This document shows positions 57,691-64,000 of a DNA stretch of 64,000 nucleotides, piece after piece. Each line of letters opens with the position of its first letter. Position 1 is the first letter of the stretch. Location of the stretch: NCBI GenBank assembly GCA_963740355.1, contig CAVUDW010000002.1, positions 352,001 to 416,000 of the forward strand, in the 5' to 3' direction. The notes under the pieces are model-generated. The model saw only the letters and a list, made by a program, of their open reading frames with translations, was not told the origin of the DNA and made no database searches. The position numbers and the translations under genes are program-made. The stretch comes from an uncultured Gemmatimonadaceae bacterium (GTDB lineage: Bacteria; Gemmatimonadota; Gemmatimonadetes; Gemmatimonadales; Gemmatimonadaceae).

Positions 57691-57812
57691 CGCATTCCCG
57701 AATTCCGGTGACAGTGCACGCATTCCCAGATTCCGGTGACAGTGCACGCATTCCCGAATTCCGGTGACAGTGCACGAATTTCCAGATTCCGGTGACAGTG
57801 CACGCATTCCCG
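57691..57812. repeat. Tandem repeat, 4 x 28 bp plus partial (cgcattccc[ga/ag]attccggtgacagtgca)
   Basis: Units start at 57691, 57719, 57747, 57775; no spacers. Confidence 0.95.
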
Positions 57813-57838
57813 CACCAATAACCCGTCAGCCCCGGCCA

Positions 57839-58582
57839 ATGCCACTCGCCGAACACATCTCCAACCTCCAGCATCTCGACAAGAACGTGCGGATCGAGGC
57901 GGCGCTCGACATCGGCAAGCTGGCTGACCCCACCGCCATTCCCGCGCTCATCCAACGGCTCGGCAGCGAGACGGACTTCTTCGTGCGCGAGAACATCGTC
58001 TGGGCGCTAGTGCGCATGGGCGACGCGGCCGTCCTCCCGACGATCGACGTGCTGCAGCATGGTGACGCCCCTGTGCGCTACCATGCCGCACATGTCCTGA
58101 GCAAGCTGGGCGATCGTCGAGCCGTCGCCGCGCTGATCGAGGCGCTGCACGACGATGATTCGATGTTGTCTCAGAAGGCGGCCTACGCACTCGGCAGCCT
58201 GCGCGACGTGCGAGCGCTCCCCGCATTGCTCGAACTGCTCGGCGCCGACGGCTCCGAGATGCGCTCGACCATACATGACGCGATCACAGCCTTTGGCAGC
58301 GCGGCGGTTGAGCCCTTGTCGCACCGGCTTGGCCGGGACGCCCGCACCACCGCCATTCGGGTGGAAATCGTCGAAATCCTCGGCAGCATCGGCGGGGCCG
58401 AGGCGGTCGCGCCCCTCGCCGCCGCGCTGCAGGATCAGGCGTGGGAAGTCCGATTCGCCGCCGTGAACGCGCTGCGGCGGCAGGAAGACCCACTGACGGT
58501 ACCGGCGCTGGCAACGGCCATTGACGACGTCCATCCCCACGTGCGGAGCCTCGCCAGGCGCGCGGTGCAGGAATTGACCTGA
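57839..58582 (+). CDS. HEAT/PBS-lyase repeat protein
   Basis: Repeated VR..AA..LG.....A.P.L...L.D units. Confidence 0.9.
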   Translation: MPLAEHISNLQHLDKNVRIEAALDIGKLADPTAIPALIQRLGSETDFFVRENIVWALVRMGDAAVLPTIDVLQHGDAPVRYHAAHVLSKLGDRRAVAALIEALHDDDSMLSQKAAYALGSLRDVRALPALLELLGADGSEMRSTIHDAITAFGSAAVEPLSHRLGRDARTTAIRVEIVEILGSIGGAEAVAPLAAALQDQAWEVRFAAVNALRRQEDPLTVPALATAIDDVHPHVRSLARRAVQELT

Positions 58583-58669
58583 CCCATGCTGGACGTCCTC
58601 TGGCACGGACAGTACCGTAACCCCATTGGATCACCGTTTCGTGGTGTTACTCGCACGCAGAGAGTCGAA

Positions 58670-58942
58670 ATGCCGAAGTACGTGATCGAACGCGAAATCC
58701 CTGGCGCTGGCAAGTTGTCCGCCGCCGACCTGCATGGGATCAGTCAGACCTCATGCGGTGTGCTCAACAAGATGGGACCCCAGATTCAGTGGGTGCAGAG
58801 CTATGTCACCGCGGACAAGATCTACTGCATCTACAACGCCCCGAATGAGGCGATGGTCCGCGAGCACGCCGCCCTTGGTGGATTCCCGGCGAACAGTGTC
58901 TCGCAAGTCTTCTCGGTCATCGATCCGACGACAGCCGAGTAA
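58670..58942 (+). CDS. DUF4242 domain protein
   Basis: MPKYVIEREIP, IQWVQSYVTADKIYCIY.AP, HA..GGFPAN. Confidence 0.92.
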   Translation: MPKYVIEREIPGAGKLSAADLHGISQTSCGVLNKMGPQIQWVQSYVTADKIYCIYNAPNEAMVREHAALGGFPANSVSQVFSVIDPTTAE

Positions 58943-58966
58943 GCAGCCGGCACCGCAACCCACGCT

Positions 58967-59008
58967 AAAAGCGCCCTCTGGTCTCATGCGAGACTGGCGG
59001 GCGCTTTT
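58967..59008 (+). terminator. Intrinsic terminator
   Basis: aaaagcgccc...gtctc atgc gagac...gggcgctttt. Confidence 0.7.
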
Positions 59009-59095
59009 GACGTAGCGGCCCGGCTGAATCCTGAAGCGTGCTTCCGCAGTAGTGCCACCCGTCCACCGCTACTTCACGATTTGCGACTGCACCAC

Positions 59096-60097
59096 ATGAC
59101 GCTCAAGACGACGCTGGTCCTTGGCTGGATCGCTTTTGCACTCGACCTGATCTTTGTGCTCGGCCTGTTTGTGAGCAAGAATGCCGGCGACGACGCGGCT
59201 GGGCGTGGCGTCGCCACCGGCTACGCGATGGTGCTCTCGCCGATCTTGCTCTTGGCGGGTGGGATCCTGTTATGGGGAACGCGATCTGGATCGCGCGTGG
59301 GCATCATCGGCGGTGCCATCTTCACCGGACTGCCGTTCATCGTGCTCGCCTTCAACTTCGCGTCCGGCCAGGTCGAGAACGCGTCGCGTGCGATCTCGCG
59401 ATCGCGCAAGGGAAAGTTCAATGATGCACAGCTGACGCAGGTCGCAAAGGCCGTTCAGGCCGGCGACACCACCAAGGTGATCGCGCTCCTCCACGGCAAG
59501 AAGTTCGACTTCGCCCAGCGCGATGTGTTCGACCACACGCTGCTCGGCATCGCGGTGGAGGCGGCGACAGACATGTTCGCACAGCCTGGCCACAAGCAGA
59601 TGGTGCGCGTGCTGCTCGAGAATGGTGTACCCTACGCCCCCGATGCCACGGAGATCGATGGCGACTGGTTTGCAGCGTGGGCCGGCAGCTCGGGCGACTT
59701 CCAGATCGACCTCGTGGAAACTGCGCTCAAGCACGGCGCCAATCCGAACACGAACGAGCGCTACGACGATTCGGCGCTCATCCTCAGCGGCAACATGACG
59801 GTGGCGAAGCTGGAACTGCTCACGAAATACGGCGCCGACGTCAACGTCCGCTCGAAGCGCACCGACCGCCCCGGCTGGTCGACGCTCATGAATGCCGTCT
59901 ACCTCGGCGAATGGGAGTGGGCGACGTTCTTTCTGAAGAAGGGCGTCGCGGTCGACTACCGCGCTACCGACGGCAAGACCGTGCGCGATATTCTCAAGGA
60001 GCGCGCGACCGATGATATCGCAGCTGGGGAGTCGGCCGGGCCTGCGTACGAGGCGTTCGTGAAGGCACTCGATGCTGCGAGTCCTGCGACGCGGTGA
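59096..60097 (+). CDS. Membrane-anchored ankyrin-repeat protein
   Basis: Three N-terminal TM helices; LLENG, LKHGANPN, LTKYGADVN, STLMNAV ankyrin-like units. Confidence 0.8.
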   Translation: MTLKTTLVLGWIAFALDLIFVLGLFVSKNAGDDAAGRGVATGYAMVLSPILLLAGGILLWGTRSGSRVGIIGGAIFTGLPFIVLAFNFASGQVENASRAISRSRKGKFNDAQLTQVAKAVQAGDTTKVIALLHGKKFDFAQRDVFDHTLLGIAVEAATDMFAQPGHKQMVRVLLENGVPYAPDATEIDGDWFAAWAGSSGDFQIDLVETALKHGANPNTNERYDDSALILSGNMTVAKLELLTKYGADVNVRSKRTDRPGWSTLMNAVYLGEWEWATFFLKKGVAVDYRATDGKTVRDILKERATDDIAAGESAGPAYEAFVKALDAASPATR

Positions 60098-60133
60098 CCT
60101 GGGCACACATCACGCCATTCGAGGGAGGCAATC

Positions 60134-60553
60134 GTGGCACGACAGCCTGCAGCGAAAAAGTCTGCGAGTACCAAGGCACCCGTGAAATCAGTGCCAGCGC
60201 CGACGACGATCGACGAATATCTCTCGCGAGTCAGCCCGTCACATCGCGAGGCGCTGGAGAAGATTCGACAGGCCGTCCGTAACGCGGTGCCTGACGCGGA
60301 GGAGTGCATCAGCTACGGCATGCCGACCTTTCGGATCGGCGGCAAGGCGATCTTCCACTTCGCCGCCGCGGCGCAGCACTGTGCGATTTACGGCTCCGTT
60401 CCCACCGCCCTTCAGGCAGACCTCGCGCGTTTCGACTCCAGCGGGAAAGGCACGATCCGTTTCCAGCCCGATGATCCGATTCCGGCACCGCTGCTGGAAC
60501 AGATCGTCATGGCGCGTGTCGCCGAAGTGACGACGAAGCAGAAGTCGAAATAG
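60134..60553 (+). CDS. DUF1801/YdhG family protein
   Basis: TIDEYL, PDAEECISYGMPTF, KGTIRFQPDDPIP; GGAGG RBS. Confidence 0.9.
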   Translation: MARQPAAKKSASTKAPVKSVPAPTTIDEYLSRVSPSHREALEKIRQAVRNAVPDAEECISYGMPTFRIGGKAIFHFAAAAQHCAIYGSVPTALQADLARFDSSGKGTIRFQPDDPIPAPLLEQIVMARVAEVTTKQKSK

Positions 60554-60571
60554 CGGGTGAAATAATCGGCG

Positions 60572-61774
60572 CTACCGCGGCCATCCCGTCTGCGGCAGTC
60601 CACCGGTGATGCGTAGTGCATTCCCGAAGTAGACCTTCTTCAGCACCGCGTCAGGCAGGTCGATCCCGTACAGCTTCCACTTCGCGTGGTAGTCCCGGTA
60701 GTAATCGAAGTAATCGTCGCGCGTCTCGAACACGCGCCAGTAGTAGGGATACTCCTCGGGCTGGAACGAATCCTTCCCGAACAGGATCCGATCCTGGTAC
60801 TTGACGAAGAAGTCGTGCGCGGCGCGCGGCTGCCGTCCGATGTCGTACAGCACTGCACCGACTTCTGCGTTCACGTTCGGCATCGCGTCGAACATCTTGC
60901 CCAGGCGTCCGAGATCGTTCGCATGCCAGCCGAGGTGCGCGATCACGAACGTCGTACGCGGATTGCGGCGCAGCATGTTGTCGCGTTCCGTCATCAGCGT
61001 CTCGAATGACGGATACTGTTCCGGCGGATACCGGCGACTCGGGAAGAGCGAGAGCTCGAGCCAGCGCTCGTTGCTGAAATCGAGCGGCTGCCAGAACTCC
61101 TGTGGGTCCGCCGTGTGGATGAAGACCGGCAACTTCAGGCGCGCGGCCGCCTGCCAGATCGGATCGAGGTCCGGGTCATCGATCTTGAGCCGCGACCCAT
61201 CGGCCTTGCGAGCAGAGAGGCCAAGCCCCTTGCCGATTTCGCCGATGCCGACGGCGCCCGCTGCCACATCCGCCTCGAGTTGCGCCACCGCCTTCGCGGC
61301 CCAACCCGGCCCCACGCCGTTGAAATTCACGCCCGTCAGGATGCGTACGCGATCACGCATGGTCGGCGAGGCCCGAATGAGTGCAACCTGCCGCGCGAGC
61401 GCCTCCCCCGATGTGTTGTTCGCCACCACCATCGCACGCACGTTCAGCCCATCGAGGGCTGCGCCAAGCGCCGTCAGCCCCTCCGCCGAGTTGAGCTGCT
61501 CGTACGGATGCCCATGAAAATCGATGGCCGGAAACTTTGCCTTCGGCACGGTGTGCACCGGCGTGACCAGCGTCGAGCGCGGCCGATAGTCGAGGATGCT
61601 GGGCGGCGTGGCTGCGGGCGCCTGACAGTTGCCGGGTCGCACCTCGGTCATGCCAGCCGGGCACTTCTCGTCGGGCTTGATGGCGGCGCTGCGGTTGGCG
61701 TTGCCCGGTTGGGCGTGCAGAAGCCCGGCGGTGAGGCCGGTCAGGAGCAGAGTGCGGAGGGCGAACTGGCGCAT
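60572..61774 (-). CDS. Secreted amidohydrolase_2 family protein
   Basis: IDFHGH, GIGE, PVFIHTADP, FVIAHLG, QDRILFGKD; signal peptide; start approximate. Confidence 0.88.
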   Translation of the reverse strand: MRQFALRTLLLTGLTAGLLHAQPGNANRSAAIKPDEKCPAGMTEVRPGNCQAPAATPPSILDYRPRSTLVTPVHTVPKAKFPAIDFHGHPYEQLNSAEGLTALGAALDGLNVRAMVVANNTSGEALARQVALIRASPTMRDRVRILTGVNFNGVGPGWAAKAVAQLEADVAAGAVGIGEIGKGLGLSARKADGSRLKIDDPDLDPIWQAAARLKLPVFIHTADPQEFWQPLDFSNERWLELSLFPSRRYPPEQYPSFETLMTERDNMLRRNPRTTFVIAHLGWHANDLGRLGKMFDAMPNVNAEVGAVLYDIGRQPRAAHDFFVKYQDRILFGKDSFQPEEYPYYWRVFETRDDYFDYYRDYHAKWKLYGIDLPDAVLKKVYFGNALRITGGLPQTGWPR

Positions 61775-61946
61775 GGCGTGGGGAAGGAGTCGCATGAATC
61801 TGGCCTGATGGCCGTCTCGACTCCAGCGCGGGCCTCTCCAGCGCGGACCGCTCCTGCGCGATGTTTCACGCGCATACCGCGGAGCTCGCAGGTGATGCAA
61901 TGTTTCGGGTCACGGCACGCGCATTCACCATCTCCAGAAGCCATCG

Positions 61947-62084
61947 ATGCCAGCACCAACGGCGGGCTACTCCGGCACACCGCTCTCGAAGAAGCTTGGC
62001 ATCGTGGAAGGAGCGACGGTCTGTACGCGCTACGCCCCGGACGAGTATCAGTCGCTGATCCCACGGCGATACGGCGTCCGCTGA
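61947..62084 (+). pseudogene. Truncated DUF3052-like gene (45 codons)
   Basis: MPAPTAGYSGTPLSKKLGIVEG..APDEY matches the DUF3052 N-terminus; stop at 62082 and no room for the remainder. Confidence 0.7.
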
Positions 62085-62138
62085 GTCGACTCCCTGGAGT
62101 GCAGGAGTGCCGTCACACCAGCCCTGACGGCGCCGCGG

Positions 62139-63497
62139 CTACGTGGTTTTCGGTTTCCGCGCCGTCACACTCGCCGGCAGTGCGAAGCTGAACGACAGCG
62201 TGAGGATAACCAGCGTGGCCGAGATCCAGAACGGTGCACCAGGCACCATGTGGTCGAAGGCCCAGCCCAGCGCGATCGGGAAGATCACGCGCGAGGCGCC
62301 GCCGAACGTCTGCTGCACCCCCATGTACAGCCCGCGGTCTTCGGTCGAAATCACCTTGCTCAACATCGCCGTCACGGCCGGGAAGGTGAACGCCGTGCCC
62401 AGCGGCCAGAATGCGATGCTCAGCGCCGCCCAGCCCACACTCGGAGCAAAGGGCAGCGTGGCGGTGCCGAACGCCAGCAACACCGTGCCAAGACGCGAGA
62501 GACGCGCTTCACCAAGCCAGTCCACCATCCGGCCCAGCACGAAGACACGCGTGATCACGCTCATCACGCCGACGTAGGCGAACAGCAAACCCATCGTCGC
62601 TTCATTCGCGTTGAACTTCTTGTGCAGGAACAGCGCAAGGATCGACGTCAGGCCCTGAAACGCACCGATGGCAATCGCATAGATCCAGATCAGCCGCGAT
62701 GGCGCGTCGCCGGGATGTGACACGACGCGCGAGACGGCGGCCATGCTGGCGCCGCTTTTCCGCGGCGGTCGCGGCGACGCGTCGGCTGACGCCACCGCCT
62801 TGATGCGCGACTCAGGCAGGTACTTCCACGCAAACGCGATGTTGAGCAGGCAGAGCGCTGCCGCCGCCAGGCCGGGCGCCGCATCGCCGCCCCACTGCGC
62901 CCAATTCCCCGCGGCCACCTGCTGCTTGCCGAGTGTGGCGAAGTAGCCGCCCAGCACGGGGCCGATCGCGACGCCGAAGTTGGTGGCTGCCGACAGCCAG
63001 CCAAGGGCCTTCGTCCGCTCCTCGGGCTGCGTCGCGTCGGCCACGTATGCCTGAATCACGCCGACGGTGCCACCACCTGCGCCCTGCACGATCCGTGAGA
63101 GGAACAGCACCAGCAGCGAGTGCGCGAAACCGAAGACGGCGTACGAAACCGCGCTCGCCGCCAGCGACACCATGATCACCGGGCGTCGGCCCCACTTGTC
63201 ACTCAGCCGGCCCCACATCGGCGCGCTGAGCAATTGCGCCAGCGAAAAGCTCGAGACCAGCAATCCGACCATCAGTCCGCCGGCACCAAGCCGCTGCGCA
63301 AAAAACGGCAGCAGCGGCAGGATCATCAGCACACCGATCATGTCGATCATCGCCGTGATCATCAGGATCACCAGCTCGCGCGGCACCTTCCGGAGCTGCC
63401 ACACCGTGGCGCCGGTCAGTGTCAGCCCAACGGTCCAGACGGTCCAGATGGGCACACCGGCGTCCGCGAACGAGGGTGCAGCGGTTTCGATCAACAC
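62139..63497 (-). CDS. MFS transporter (TetA/DHA1-like)
   Basis: GRLSDKWGRRPV motif A, SRIVQGAGGG, QAYVADAT, GPVLGG. Confidence 0.92.
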   Translation of the reverse strand: MLIETAAPSFADAGVPIWTVWTVGLTLTGATVWQLRKVPRELVILMITAMIDMIGVLMILPLLPFFAQRLGAGGLMVGLLVSSFSLAQLLSAPMWGRLSDKWGRRPVIMVSLAASAVSYAVFGFAHSLLVLFLSRIVQGAGGGTVGVIQAYVADATQPEERTKALGWLSAATNFGVAIGPVLGGYFATLGKQQVAAGNWAQWGGDAAPGLAAAALCLLNIAFAWKYLPESRIKAVASADASPRPPRKSGASMAAVSRVVSHPGDAPSRLIWIYAIAIGAFQGLTSILALFLHKKFNANEATMGLLFAYVGVMSVITRVFVLGRMVDWLGEARLSRLGTVLLAFGTATLPFAPSVGWAALSIAFWPLGTAFTFPAVTAMLSKVISTEDRGLYMGVQQTFGGASRVIFPIALGWAFDHMVPGAPFWISATLVILTLSFSFALPASVTARKPKTT

Positions 63498-63504
63498 CTG
63501 GGGG

Positions 63505-63996
63505 TCATCCTTCGGCGCGCCCGAGCGCGGCCGGCGGTACGGCGCGACCGACGACGCCGGCCAGTGCCACGAGAGTGAGGACGTACGGAATCATCGACAC
63601 GAACTGCGACGGCAGTACCCCAGATCCCTGCACCTGAATCTGTACCGCCTCCGCGAAAGCAAACAACAAGCAGGCGATGCCTGCGCGCACCGGCATCCAG
63701 CGCCCGAAGATCACGGCTGCCAGCGCGATGAAGCCACGCCCCGCCGTCATCTGGTCCGTGAACTGGTGCTGATCGAGCGCGAGGTAGCAACCGCCGAGGG
63801 CCGCCAGCGCTCCCGACGTGATCACCGCTCCGTAGCGAATACGATCCACCGACACGCCCAGTGTCGTCGCCGCCTCTGGCTTCTCGCCCACCGCACGCAC
63901 CCGCAGGCCGAATCGTGTGCGCGTGATGACCCAGGCCAGGATCGGCATCACGATCACCCCCAGCCAGATGAGCGGATTTTCGAGAGTCGCGAGCAA
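63505..63996 (-). CDS. Nucleoside/simple-sugar ABC permease (BPD_transp_2); 5' truncated by window edge
   Basis: TRFGLRVRAVGEKPEAA, AGRGFIALAAVIFGRW, MIPYVLT. Confidence 0.9.
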   Translation of the reverse strand: MLATLENPLIWLGVIVMPILAWVITRTRFGLRVRAVGEKPEAATTLGVSVDRIRYGAVITSGALAALGGCYLALDQHQFTDQMTAGRGFIALAAVIFGRWMPVRAGIACLLFAFAEAVQIQVQGSGVLPSQFVSMIPYVLTLVALAGVVGRAVPPAALGRAEG

Positions 63997-64000
63997 TCCG

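Noticed and set aside
57691..57812. CRISPR array (28-bp repeats)
   Set aside because: Repeats are directly adjacent with no unique spacers; no cas genes in the window
57764..57838. N-terminal extension of the HEAT protein from the ORF track
   Set aside because: Starts inside the 28-bp tandem repeat; ATG 57839 is more plausible
58600..58617. Sigma-54 promoter (ctggcacg) upstream of DUF4242
   Set aside because: The -12 element reads gtac rather than TTGC; the conserved GC is missing
62139..63497. tetA tetracycline resistance gene
   Set aside because: Generic DHA1 MFS motifs only; no tetR; substrate cannot be inferred

Overview
High-GC bacterial chromosomal window. Gene content (kinase with TolB-type propeller, Met-zincin, large PIG-L protein, Oar-type TonB receptor) suggests Gemmatimonadota; this is an inference. 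About 60 CDS; no rRNA, tRNA, CRISPR array, integrase or transposase recognised. Housekeeping-type genes include sucA, ndh, msrPQ, a THUMP methyltransferase, sufE- and plsC-like genes, and three ABC systems. Main points of interest: (1) a ~9.3-27.8 kb neighbourhood joining a COG1964-like radical SAM enzyme, DUF547, a MerA-like disulfide reductase lacking the C-terminal Cys pair, a VTT/DedA protein, an acyltransferase, a GT1 glycosyltransferase and a TonB receptor-ynjBCD-ynjF-like operon followed by msrPQ, possibly an uncharacterised import and lipid-modification pathway; (2) a family of intergenic inverted-repeat elements, with nested inverted repeats around the radical SAM gene and an interleaved A-B-A'-B' repeat at 17.3-17.6 kb; (3) a perfect Rex operator upstream of ndh; (4) D-S-[A/T/L/V] motifs dense in exported proteins; (5) a small gene and a gene fragment missed by the ORF track, and a probable frameshift. 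Family calls come from motif recognition by eye, not database searches; many starts were re-picked from the ORF track.
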